Source: Planctomycetota bacterium (GTDB lineage Bacteria; Planctomycetota; MHYJ01; WSZJ01). From it: a stretch of 64,000 nt of DNA. Location: the NCBI GenBank assembly GCA_038060895.1, contig JBBTCT010000011.1, positions 32,001-96,000 on the forward strand, written 5' to 3'. Positions 9,965-19,271 of this stretch are shown piece by piece. Position 1 is the first letter of the stretch, and each line of letters starts with the position of its first letter. The notes beneath the pieces are model-generated. The model saw nothing but the letters and a program-made list of their open reading frames with translations. It searched no databases and was not told the origin of the DNA. The translations under genes and the position numbers were made by a program.

Positions 9965-11026
9965 ATGACTCTCGCCTCGCTTTTCGTCGCGTCGTGTGCG
10001 ATCTGGCTCGGAGGACGGAGCTGGGGAAAACACGCGCCACGGGATGATCCGCGCCGCAGCTCCGCGCGCGGCATCGACGATCCCATGGGTCTTGCCATCG
10101 AAGAATACGCAACTGGCGATCCATTTCAATGGGAGGCGGCCGAGCGGAGGCTTTGCGAAGACGGGGCACCGGCGCTGGAACGGGTCGAGGCGGAGCTATC
10201 CGCGACAACGGACAAGAGTCGTCTGGCCCGGCTGGAGTTTCTCATGGCGGGGCTGAAGATCTGCAATTCGACGGATGCTTTCGCCTCCGCCTGCCGCGAC
10301 CAGTGGTTTCTCTCCATGCGTGGCAAGACAGCCGAAGCCGTGGAACATCGGACGGCCGAGCTGAGCAAGGGAGAGGGGCCGAAGACCTGGACTTTTAGGA
10401 CGGATGCGTGGGTCAGGGGAAGCGACGGACACGTCCGCTGGGCGAAGCACAAGCTCACGGCGAAACACGACCCGGCGCTGACGCCGGTCGAAGTGGAGCT
10501 CTTCACGTCGCTCGAGGACGGAGGAGGAGAACACACGCTCTGGAGGTTCGACTCCGCACCCTTCGCAGCGCGGGTCCTTCGAAGGAGCCTCAAAGATCTC
10601 TTCGAGGCCCCCCTCGGTCCCGACGAACCGTGGCGCACCGTCACCCTTCACGGACCGATTCGCGGGGCGGTGGTCCTGGACTGGGGAATCGAGCGCGTCC
10701 TGGAGCGCTTCTCGATCGCGGGGTACTCGCGACTCGAATGCACGATCGTGTTGCTTTTGCCCGTCGGTGGGCACGCCTACCAAACCGTCTGGAGGTCCGG
10801 ACCCGAATTCTTACGCGCGGGAGTTTTGGTCAAGACCTGGAAACTCGAGACGCGAACCGGTCCCTACGAACCCGATGACGAATTCGACATCTCGCAGGAG
10901 TCGGGACTCATCGAGCACCGCAAAGCGGCCGATTCGAGCGAGTGGCTTGGATCCCTGGGAGACTCCAGCCCCCTTCGGGCCTCCACCGAAGCAGAATGCC
11001 GCGCGACCGGTCTGGTTCCCCCGTAA
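9965..11026 (+). CDS. Hypothetical exported/membrane-anchored protein; paralog of 8812..9810
   Basis: Hydrophobic N-terminus from ATG 9965 (start uncertain). GDPFQWEAAERRL...RLARL...RDQWF aligns with the upstream gene. Confidence 0.6.
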   Translation: MTLASLFVASCAIWLGGRSWGKHAPRDDPRRSSARGIDDPMGLAIEEYATGDPFQWEAAERRLCEDGAPALERVEAELSATTDKSRLARLEFLMAGLKICNSTDAFASACRDQWFLSMRGKTAEAVEHRTAELSKGEGPKTWTFRTDAWVRGSDGHVRWAKHKLTAKHDPALTPVEVELFTSLEDGGGEHTLWRFDSAPFAARVLRRSLKDLFEAPLGPDEPWRTVTLHGPIRGAVVLDWGIERVLERFSIAGYSRLECTIVLLLPVGGHAYQTVWRSGPEFLRAGVLVKTWKLETRTGPYEPDDEFDISQESGLIEHRKAADSSEWLGSLGDSSPLRASTEAECRATGLVPP

Positions 11027-11128
11027 TTTCGCGACGACTCCGGTTGAACTCCTGTCACAATTCTTACGTTTCTTTTGCTAAGATCCGCGCTTCATTGATT
11101 CCTTTTTCGCCACACGGGAGGGAAAGCC

Positions 11129-12433
11129 ATGAAGAGTTTCCGGGTCGCCGCGCTTCTGTGCGCGCTGGCAGCGGTCTGCTTCGCGGACAAGGTGAGTCTC
11201 AAGGACGGTCGCTCTTACGAGGGCGTCGTCCTCGAGGAAACCGACACGTTCGTGAAGATCAAGACGGCCAAGGCGACGCTGACGTTCCAGAAGGACCAGG
11301 TGACTTCGATCGAGAAAATCGCGGGCGGCGCCCTCTCCGAACGCGAGACGAAGCTCGCCGCGCTCGACCCGGGCAAGCCGGTCGGATACCTCGAGGTCGC
11401 TTACTGGATCACCGGCAAAGGCAAGGAAGCCTACGACCTCCCCACCCTCCGCCGCCTCTGCGCCGCCGCTTCAAAACTCGACCCGAAACAGGCGTACGAC
11501 GCGCAGATGGTGCTGGGGAAGAAGCTCGAAGAAGCCTCGATGAAGCGCGAAGCGGCGCTGGCGTTCGCGCGGGCGCAACTGGCGAAGCCGGGCGATCCGG
11601 AAGTCCGGTCGCGGCTGGACAACCTGCGGCAGGGACTGCGCGACGCAGCGAAAGTTGAAATGCAGGACCTCGCGGCGGCGCTCGAGCTGGTCATCGCGCA
11701 GGACTACGCGGCCGCACTTCCGAAACTCCAGAAGTCCGAGACTCTCGCGATGGCGGAGGAAGCCAACACGCAGATCGGGATGTCGATCGAGGCGTTGACG
11801 AAGGACGTGGCAAAGCGGGTGAAGTGCAAGACGTGCGAAGGGACGGCGGTGACGACGTGCATCGGGTGCGAGGGGGACGGGCTGATCACCTGCAACGTGT
11901 GCGACGGATTGGGATCGAGGAAGGGGTTTTCGGCCGGGAAGGAAGAGGAAGGGTTCTCGAGTTCCGTTTGCCGTTCCTGTTACGGCGTCGGATCGCTTCT
12001 GTGCGCGAAGTGCAAGGCCGAGCGGGACATCACGATGACATTCCTCTGCAGGGAGCTGCCGCTGCCGAAGTGGGATTACGTGGCGCCGGTCACGGTTCAC
12101 GCGAAGTTCAGCCAGGAGTTGTCTGCGATCAAGACGGCGATCGACGCGATCAAGTACTGCCACAAGACCATGCGGAACCCGGTCACTTCGATTTCCGGAG
12201 GCGGCGCCACGGTCGGCGGAATGACGAACTGCGGCACGTGCCAGGGAGTGAAGTACGCGCCACCGAACACTCCCCCGCCGACGGACCAGATCCGGGCGTA
12301 TGTGGCCGACATCCAGAACCGGATCAACGGACAGAAACCGTACGAGGTCGTGCCGAGGGTCACGGAAGTGTTCGACAAGTCCGCGCTGATTGATGAGTGC
12401 CTGCGGTACCGGAACGGGACCTGGGTGAAATAG
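11129..12433 (+). CDS. Exported protein: DKVSLKDGR domain, helical/TPR-like region, six DnaJ-like CxxC motifs
   Basis: Signal peptide ...AVCFA|D. CKTC, CIGC, CNVC, CRSC, CAKC and CGTC, mostly as CxxCxG. Confidence 0.85.
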   Translation: MKSFRVAALLCALAAVCFADKVSLKDGRSYEGVVLEETDTFVKIKTAKATLTFQKDQVTSIEKIAGGALSERETKLAALDPGKPVGYLEVAYWITGKGKEAYDLPTLRRLCAAASKLDPKQAYDAQMVLGKKLEEASMKREAALAFARAQLAKPGDPEVRSRLDNLRQGLRDAAKVEMQDLAAALELVIAQDYAAALPKLQKSETLAMAEEANTQIGMSIEALTKDVAKRVKCKTCEGTAVTTCIGCEGDGLITCNVCDGLGSRKGFSAGKEEEGFSSSVCRSCYGVGSLLCAKCKAERDITMTFLCRELPLPKWDYVAPVTVHAKFSQELSAIKTAIDAIKYCHKTMRNPVTSISGGGATVGGMTNCGTCQGVKYAPPNTPPPTDQIRAYVADIQNRINGQKPYEVVPRVTEVFDKSALIDECLRYRNGTWVK

Positions 12434-12442
12434 GCGAACCGA

Positions 12443-13744
12443 TTGCGACGGATACTTCCTGCGCTGGCCTGCCTGATTCTCGTCCTCGCGACGGCTCCTG
12501 AGGCCTTCGCGGACAGGATCGTGCTCAAGAACGGGAAGGCGTACGAAGGGACAATCGTCGAGCAGACGGACGCCCTCGTGAAAATCCGGACCGCGAAGGC
12601 GACCCTCTCGTTCCAGATGGACCAGGTCGCTTCCGTGGAAAAGGGCGAATGGGCCCTCGGGGAACTCGAAAAGCGGCTCTCGGCGCTCGATCCGTCGAAG
12701 CCGGGCGCGTACCTGGACGCAGCGCGTTACATGGCAGGGCCGGGGCGCGAGGGATTCGACCTGCCGACATTTCTCCGCCTGTGCGAAATCGCTTCGAGCC
12801 TCGACCAGGGGCTGGCGTTCGACGCGCAGACGCTTCTCGCAAAGGAACTGGGCGCCGCGGGAGAGAAGCGCGCCGCTTCCCGCGCCATGCGCCGGGCGCT
12901 GGTCGCGCGCCCCGGGGACGCCGGGACGCTTCGCGCCCTGGAACCGCTGAACAAGGAAGTCGTCAGGCTGGCCGAGCTCCAGATGAAGAACCTGGTCACC
13001 GCGCTGGACGAGGTGCTCTGCGACTCTCTCGACCTGGCCGCGCCGAAACTCCAGCCCATGGACCCGGCGCTGATGCCGGAGGACGTCCTGCGCGAGCTCA
13101 AGGTTCCCTTCGAGAAGTTCACCGCCGACATCCGGAGCCGCGTGCGCTGCAAGACGTGCGCAGGCCAGCGCATCCTGAAGTGCCCGGGTTGCGTCACGCC
13201 GGGCGAAAACGTCTGCAAGGCCTGCGCGGGCCAGGGCCGCACTCCGGCGGCGGTCGCCAAGAACGACCCCGAAGCGAAGTTCGGCGAGACGGTCTGCCTC
13301 GCATGTCACGGCGTCGGCCTCGAGTTGTGCAAGGAGTGCAAGGCGACGCGGCAGATCACGATCGAATTCAAGCCGATCGGGAAGAAACCGAAGAGCCCGG
13401 TGGTCGTCAACGCCGAAGCGGGGCGCGAGGCGGAAGCGATCAACAAGGTCGTGGACCCGAAGACCTGGCGATCACGCGAGGACGGAGGGTATGTCTCCGG
13501 AATCGTCGCCGGGAGCGTCAAGGGCGGCGGCGAGATCACCTGCCCGGCGTGCCAGGGCGCGATCTACTCTCCTCCCATGACTCCGATCGACAGCGACTCG
13601 GTCCAGGCCACGCGCGACGCCGCGAGCAAGTACGTCGAGGGACTCAAGACCTGGGATCCTCTCGGGTTCGAGCCGGCCGCGTACGACCAGGACGTTGTGC
13701 GCGACGGGTGCTTCCGGAGACAGAAAGGCAAGTGGGTAAAATGA
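12443..13744 (+). CDS. Exported protein, second paralog with six CxxC motifs
   Basis: TTG start, signal peptide, DRIVLKNGKAYEG. CKTC, CPGC, CKAC, CLAC, CKEC and CPAC. Ends GKWVK like its paralogs. Confidence 0.85.
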   Translation: MRRILPALACLILVLATAPEAFADRIVLKNGKAYEGTIVEQTDALVKIRTAKATLSFQMDQVASVEKGEWALGELEKRLSALDPSKPGAYLDAARYMAGPGREGFDLPTFLRLCEIASSLDQGLAFDAQTLLAKELGAAGEKRAASRAMRRALVARPGDAGTLRALEPLNKEVVRLAELQMKNLVTALDEVLCDSLDLAAPKLQPMDPALMPEDVLRELKVPFEKFTADIRSRVRCKTCAGQRILKCPGCVTPGENVCKACAGQGRTPAAVAKNDPEAKFGETVCLACHGVGLELCKECKATRQITIEFKPIGKKPKSPVVVNAEAGREAEAINKVVDPKTWRSREDGGYVSGIVAGSVKGGGEITCPACQGAIYSPPMTPIDSDSVQATRDAASKYVEGLKTWDPLGFEPAAYDQDVVRDGCFRRQKGKWVK

Positions 13745-13844
13745 GCGCGCCGTTGAATCTCAGATTCCGCTGGATGAACGGGTAGCCGGAAGAGTAAATA
13801 GAGCACGGCCCTTCTTCCCGAAACTTCCCCTCGGAGACTCTTCC

Positions 13845-15116
13845 GTGAAGACACTCCTGCGACTGTCGCTTCTCGCGGCCTGCGCCGCGTTCGTCTACGC
13901 CGACAAGGTCACGCTGAAGGACGGACGCGTCTTCGAAGGCGAAATCATCGAGGAAGACGCGGACCACGTGAAGATCAAGACCGCCAAGACTGCGCTTGCC
14001 TTCAAGACGGAGGAGATCGCGAGCGTCGAAAAGGGGATGTCCCCGGTCCAGGAGCGCGCCCAGCGGCTGGAAGCGCTGGACGGCGAGAACGGCGCTCCTT
14101 ATCTCGAGACGGCCGTGTGGCTGACGGAGTGTCCGAAGGACGTGCAGGACGAGAAGATCATCCGCCGGCTGTGCAATGCGGCGGCCTTCCTGGACCCGGA
14201 GTCCGCGGCGGCCGCGCAGAATCTTCTGGGCAACTGGCTGCTGGCCGCCGGCAAGCGGCCCGACGCGGCGGATGCGTTTGCGCGAGTCCTGAAGGTGGAC
14301 GCGAACAACGCGAACGCCCGCAAACAGCTGGAGTCGCTGAACACGGAGATCGTCGCAAAGGCCCGCAAGGACCTGGAAGCGCTCAAGAAGGCCATGCATC
14401 CGCTTCGTGAACTTCGTTTCGCGGACGCGATCCCCCTGATGCGGAAAGCGAACAAGCTGTACTTCGCGGACAAGTGCCAGCAGTACGTGAAAATGACGAT
14501 CGACGAGCTCGCGGACGATCTTCAGCGGCGCGTGCCCTGCGCGTCGTGCAAGGGAGCCGCGACCCGGCCGTGCACCGTGTGCAAAGGGAAAGGAACAACG
14601 GAGTGCGTCCAGTGCAAAGGGACCGGCATCCGGAAGTCGGCGCCGCCGAAGCCCACGTTCGCGCAGGAGATCTGCACGCACTGCTACCACACCGGGGTGC
14701 TGCTGTGCACGGGATGTGACGCGGAGCGGTGGCTCACGGTGCACTACGCCAGGGAAGTCGATGGAAAAAAGGCGGTCGATATCAAGATCATGTCGGGCGT
14801 CGAGAAAGTGGAGCTGTCCAAAGTCCTGTCCCTCTCGAAATGGACGAGCCGGGATGGCGGAACCAAGATCACTTCCATCGTGGCAGGCGCCGTCGTCAAG
14901 GGCGGCACTTTCACCTGCCGCGAATGCAAGGGGATCAAGTTCGATCCGCCGCCGGGAGAGGTGAACACGTTCGGCATTACGGACTACCTGAACGCGATCG
15001 ACGCGCGCCTGGACGGGAAGGAAAAAATCGAGGGCGTCGCAATCCCGGAACAGGCGTACGACGAGGCGGACGTGGCGGACAAGAAGTTCATCTGGAAGAA
15101 CGGGAAATGGGAGTAG
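13845..15116 (+). CDS. Exported protein, third paralog with six CxxC motifs
   Basis: RBS GGAG, GTG start, signal peptide, DKVTLKDGRVFEG. CASC, CTVC, CVQC, CTHC, CTGC and CREC. Ends NGKWE. Confidence 0.85.
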   Translation: MKTLLRLSLLAACAAFVYADKVTLKDGRVFEGEIIEEDADHVKIKTAKTALAFKTEEIASVEKGMSPVQERAQRLEALDGENGAPYLETAVWLTECPKDVQDEKIIRRLCNAAAFLDPESAAAAQNLLGNWLLAAGKRPDAADAFARVLKVDANNANARKQLESLNTEIVAKARKDLEALKKAMHPLRELRFADAIPLMRKANKLYFADKCQQYVKMTIDELADDLQRRVPCASCKGAATRPCTVCKGKGTTECVQCKGTGIRKSAPPKPTFAQEICTHCYHTGVLLCTGCDAERWLTVHYAREVDGKKAVDIKIMSGVEKVELSKVLSLSKWTSRDGGTKITSIVAGAVVKGGTFTCRECKGIKFDPPPGEVNTFGITDYLNAIDARLDGKEKIEGVAIPEQAYDEADVADKKFIWKNGKWE

Positions 15117-15126
15117 GCGGCAGGCT

Positions 15127-16521
15127 CTACAAGTCGTAACTCTCACCCAGCGCCGGCGCCTCGACCTTTCCAAATCCGGCCGCCTTCATCCCGTCCCTCA
15201 TCGCCGTGACCTGCTCTTCTTCGCCGTGCACGCAGAACGCCGCGGACGCCTTCTTCTGCGTCACAGCGTGCTCCAGCAGTTCCGCTCTTCCCGCGTGCTG
15301 GCTCATTCCTTCCAGCCGCACGATTTCCGCCTTGACCGGATACTCCACGCCGAAAATCCTTGCGACCGGCGACCCGTCGGCCAGGCGGCGCCCCAGCGTG
15401 TGCTGCGCGCAGAATCCGACGATCAACACCGTGTTCCTCGGGTCCATCACACCGTGCTTCAAGTGATGCAGCACGCGCCCTCCCTCGCACATCCCGCTCG
15501 CCGCGATCACCAGGTAAGGCCCCTGCCGCGCATTCAGCGTTTTCGATTCGTCCGCCGAGCGCAAATACGTCAACGCCTGGAAACCGAACGGGTCCCCGGG
15601 AATCCCGTCGTTGAAATACTTGAGTGTCTGCTCGTCGAAACACTCCGGATGCAGCTTGTAGACCCCCGTCACGTTGATCGAAAGCGGCGAGTCGACAAAA
15701 ATCGGAATCGGCGGCAACTTCCCTTCCACCCACAACTCGTGCAACAGGTACGTCAGGCTCTGCGCCCTGCCCAGCGCAAATGCCGGAACGATCACGTGCC
15801 CGCCCCTCTCCGTCGTCCGCTTCACCACTTCCAGGAGCTTCGCCCTGGCATCCGCGACGTCCCCCCCATGGTCACGGTTCCCATAGGTGCTTTCCGTGAT
15901 GTACACGTCCCCCTGCTCGACGGTCTGCGGGTCGCGGAGGATCGGGAAGTGCTTCCTGCCCAGATCACCGGTGAAGACGACCGACCTGGAGGCTCCGTTC
16001 TGCCGCTCGCACAACACCGTCACCGCGGATCCGAGGATGTGCCCGGCATCCGCGAATTTCCCCGTCACTCCAGGCAGCACGTCGAACACGCGTCCGTACG
16101 GCACCGAGACCATCCGCTGAATCGCGGCCCGCGCGTCGTCCAGCGTGTACAACGGTTTCACTTCCGGCTCGCTCGGACGCTTCTGCCGGTTCAGGTAGGA
16201 AGCATCGGACATCTGGATGCTCGCGCTGTCGAGAAGCATGGCCGAGGCGATGTCGCGCGTGCCGTGCGTGCACCAGATGTTCCCGTCGAAGCCGTTCTTC
16301 ACCAGCAGCGGCAGGTTTCCGGCGTGATCGATGTGCGCGTGCGACAGGACGCACGCCGCGACGGACTTCGCCTCGAACCCGAACTCGCGGTTCCGCTTCT
16401 CCGCTTCCCGCCGCGGTCCCTGCACCAGCCCGCAATCGAGAAGGACATTTCCTGAAGCGGTCTGGACGAGGTGTCGCGATCCGGTCACGCTGCGGGCCGC
16501 GCCGTGGAAGGTGATTTTCAT
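15127..16521 (-). CDS. MBL-fold beta-CASP metallo-hydrolase (RNA-processing type, YSH1/TTHA0252-like)
   Basis: MKITFHGAARSVTGS, LSHAHIDHAG, AGHILGS, FTGDLG, ESTYG, ASGMCEGGR, SQHAG, VHGE. Confidence 0.92.
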   Translation of the reverse strand: MKITFHGAARSVTGSRHLVQTASGNVLLDCGLVQGPRREAEKRNREFGFEAKSVAACVLSHAHIDHAGNLPLLVKNGFDGNIWCTHGTRDIASAMLLDSASIQMSDASYLNRQKRPSEPEVKPLYTLDDARAAIQRMVSVPYGRVFDVLPGVTGKFADAGHILGSAVTVLCERQNGASRSVVFTGDLGRKHFPILRDPQTVEQGDVYITESTYGNRDHGGDVADARAKLLEVVKRTTERGGHVIVPAFALGRAQSLTYLLHELWVEGKLPPIPIFVDSPLSINVTGVYKLHPECFDEQTLKYFNDGIPGDPFGFQALTYLRSADESKTLNARQGPYLVIAASGMCEGGRVLHHLKHGVMDPRNTVLIVGFCAQHTLGRRLADGSPVARIFGVEYPVKAEIVRLEGMSQHAGRAELLEHAVTQKKASAAFCVHGEEEQVTAMRDGMKAAGFGKVEAPALGESYDL

Positions 16522-16577
16522 GGAAGCAGCGTCGGCGCGAAGAGCCGGAGTGTCAACAGTACACGCCGGCCAGACCG

Positions 16578-18314
16578 TTACTTGTCGGCCTCGACCAGCC
16601 GGTTCTTCCCGCCATACTTCGCCCGGTACTGCGCCGCGTCCGCGCGCGCAATCAGGCTCTCCGGAGTGTCGCCGCTTCTCAACTCCGCCAACCCGATCGA
16701 CGCCGTGATCCGGATCTTCCCGACCGCGCCGCCGTCGATTTCCGCCGACCTCACCGCCTCCAGCACCGAGAGACACACGGCTCTCGCTTCCGAGAGCGTC
16801 GCCCCCGGGAAAATCACGGCGAATTCCTCGCCTCCGTACCGCGCCGGGAAATCGGCGGGGCGCACGGACCGCTTCACCGCGTCTCCGATGGCGCGAAGGA
16901 CGGCGTCGCCGGCCGGGTGGCCGTGCGTGTCGTTCACTTTCTTGAAGTCGTCGAGGTCCGCGATCGCGAGCGAGAGCGGGCGCCGGGATTTCTGCGCGGC
17001 GGCGAGATAAACCTCGAGCTTGTAGAAAAAATGCTGCCGCACGAAGAGCCGGGTGAGCGAGTCGACGGTGGCGCGCTCATAAAGGCGGGCGTTGTGGAGC
17101 GCGACGCCGACCGCGCGGGCGAGGACGGCGAGGAGCTCGAGGTCGCGTTCATTGAAGGGACGGCCGCCGATTTTGTCGGCGACGTTGATGGCGCCCAGAA
17201 GATCGGCGCCCTCGGAGGCGGAAGCGAAGATGGGGACGATGGCGAACGAATCGGTTTTGAAGCGCTTGGAGCGGGAGTAGCCCTCCGGGGGCTGGCCGGT
17301 CGCGGGATCGGGGCAGAGGAGGGACTTCCCGGTGGCGAGGACGCGGCCGCACATGCCTTCGCCTACCTTGATGAGGTGCTGGGTGGGATCGGTCTTGCGC
17401 GGGTTGACGGCGCGGACGATTCGGGCCGACTTTCCGCCGGGCTCGAGCTCGGCAATGGAAACGTGAGAGGCCTTGAAAATCGAGCGTGCGAATCCGACGG
17501 CCTCGCCGAGAATCGGCTCGCGCTCGAGATAGCCGGAGAGCCACATCGTGGCTTTCTCGATCGACATCAGGAGCCGGCTGTACTCCTCCATCTGCCGTGC
17601 GTTCCGGCTGTTCTCGGCAGCGACGGCGGCGATCAGCGACATGGCCGTGAGCAACTCCACGTCGCGCTCCGGCAGTCCTCCCGGCTCGGGCCCCTCGATC
17701 ACGAGGGCGCCGAGCGCGTGCGTCCGCGCGGCGAGCGGCAGGACGAGCAGCACGCCTGAAGTTGCAGCTCCGCCCGCGACGACGGCGTTCTGAAGCGCCG
17801 GAAGGGTCGGATAGGAAGCCTCGAGCAACGGAGGGGCCTCGCTTCCGCGCGCGCAAGCCGCCACGCGCTCCAGGTTTCCGCCGTCCTCGGTGGAAAGCCA
17901 TGCGGCGGCGCGCCGGGCGGCCGTTTCCTCGAGCAGGACCGCGAGCGCCGTCCCCAGGGCAGCCGGGAGGTCCTGCCCGCCGGTCAGGACGGCGGCGACC
18001 CGGTAGAGCGCGCCGAGGTGAGGGACGCGGCGGTCGATCGTCGAGGTATCCTCGTTGCGAAAGAGGAAGCGGACGCCGGCGAGCGCGATGACGTCGCCTG
18101 TCCGGAGCGCGTGTTCCCTGGTTTCGGCGTCGTTGACCCGGAATGGGTGGGCGGCGGTTGCGACGTAGCGCCTGCCGGCGTGGCGGATTTCCACTCCATC
18201 GCGAGCTCCGGGAACCGGGATGGCGTCGGATTCGGGCCCGCCGAGCAGCACGACGGCGCCGAGGGGGAAGCGCTGTCCGGTTGAAGGCCCGTCGAGGGAG
18301 AGGAGGAAAGACAT
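16578..18314 (-). CDS. Diguanylate cyclase with degenerate FHA and two GAF domains
   Basis: DSLTRL, DLDDFKKVNDTHGHPAGD, I-site RPAD and RYGGEEF. Two GAF-like segments and an FHA-like N-terminus (LDGP..GQRF.L...LRTGDVI). Confidence 0.9.
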   Translation of the reverse strand: MSFLLSLDGPSTGQRFPLGAVVLLGGPESDAIPVPGARDGVEIRHAGRRYVATAAHPFRVNDAETREHALRTGDVIALAGVRFLFRNEDTSTIDRRVPHLGALYRVAAVLTGGQDLPAALGTALAVLLEETAARRAAAWLSTEDGGNLERVAACARGSEAPPLLEASYPTLPALQNAVVAGGAATSGVLLVLPLAARTHALGALVIEGPEPGGLPERDVELLTAMSLIAAVAAENSRNARQMEEYSRLLMSIEKATMWLSGYLEREPILGEAVGFARSIFKASHVSIAELEPGGKSARIVRAVNPRKTDPTQHLIKVGEGMCGRVLATGKSLLCPDPATGQPPEGYSRSKRFKTDSFAIVPIFASASEGADLLGAINVADKIGGRPFNERDLELLAVLARAVGVALHNARLYERATVDSLTRLFVRQHFFYKLEVYLAAAQKSRRPLSLAIADLDDFKKVNDTHGHPAGDAVLRAIGDAVKRSVRPADFPARYGGEEFAVIFPGATLSEARAVCLSVLEAVRSAEIDGGAVGKIRITASIGLAELRSGDTPESLIARADAAQYRAKYGGKNRLVEADK

Positions 18315-18362
18315 CGAGGGGATTGTAGCGGGGCGATGGGATGCGCGAAGAAAGGACTGACG

Positions 18363-19271
18363 TCAAACAGACAATTTTGAATATTGATCTTTGCCTCTGC
18401 CAGCCAGTTTCTCCGCTTCTTTCACCATCTCCACCGCGATGTCCTTCTCCGTCGCCTCTTCGAGCCCCTGGAACCCCGGTGACGAGTTCACCTCGAGCAC
18501 CACCAGGCCTCCCCTGGACTCGAGCAGGTCCACGCCGGCGACGCGCAGCCCCACGACCTCCACGGCGCGAACAGCGAGCTCGCGCAGTTCCTTCGTCAAC
18601 TCGACCCGTTCTCCCACGCCGCCCCGGTGAATGTTGGAACGGAAGTCTCCCGGCTTCGCGGTGCGCCGCATCGCCGCGACCGCTTCCCCGCCGATCACCA
18701 GAACCCGCACGTCGCGTCCGCGCGACTCGGAAATGAATTTCTGCGCCAGGATGTCTTCGCCCAGAGACCAGACGGTGTCCATGATCGACTCGGCTGCCTC
18801 GGCCGACTCCGCGAGCAGCACGCCCGCCCCCTGCATCCCGCGGAGCAGTTTCAGGATCACCGGCGACCCTCCTAACTCCTCGATCGTGTCGGCGAGATGT
18901 GTCGGGAACCGCATCAGTGTCGTCGGCGGGACGGGAATGCCGCGCGCGGCGAGCGCCTGCAGGCTCGCCCACTTCTGCTTGGCCAGGGCAATTCCCGCGG
19001 ACGCATTGAGCACGGGGACGCCCATCATTTCGAACTGCCTCACGACGGCAAGCGCATATTCGATCGCGTACGAGCCGACGCGCGGGATCACGGCGTCGAT
19101 CCCCGTCAGGTCCTCCCCCGCGACGCGCACCTTTGCGGCACCACGCTCAAGGTGTAGCACGCAGCGAAGCGGGTCCACCACCAGGCACCCGTGCCCCTCG
19201 ATCCGCGCCGCTTCGCGCAGACGCCTCGTCGAGTAGATCGCCGGCTTCCGCGACAGCACCAGGAACTTCAC
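18363..19271 (-). CDS. rimK: RimK-family ATP-grasp alpha-L-glutamate ligase
   Basis: GTG start overlaps the upstream stop. YSTRRLREAA, DAVIPRVG, GMQGAGV, DFRSNIHRGG, LEVNSSPG. Confidence 0.9.
   Translation of the reverse strand: MKFLVLSRKPAIYSTRRLREAARIEGHGCLVVDPLRCVLHLERGAAKVRVAGEDLTGIDAVIPRVGSYAIEYALAVVRQFEMMGVPVLNASAGIALAKQKWASLQALAARGIPVPPTTLMRFPTHLADTIEELGGSPVILKLLRGMQGAGVLLAESAEAAESIMDTVWSLGEDILAQKFISESRGRDVRVLVIGGEAVAAMRRTAKPGDFRSNIHRGGVGERVELTKELRELAVRAVEVVGLRVAGVDLLESRGGLVVLEVNSSPGFQGLEEATEKDIAVEMVKEAEKLAGRGKDQYSKLSV

Noticed and set aside
13294-13308. CLACH in the second Zn-finger paralog as a heme-binding CxxCH
   Set aside because: The equivalent positions in the paralogs are CRSCY and CTHCY, so the His is not conserved. 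The motif is part of CxxCxGxG.
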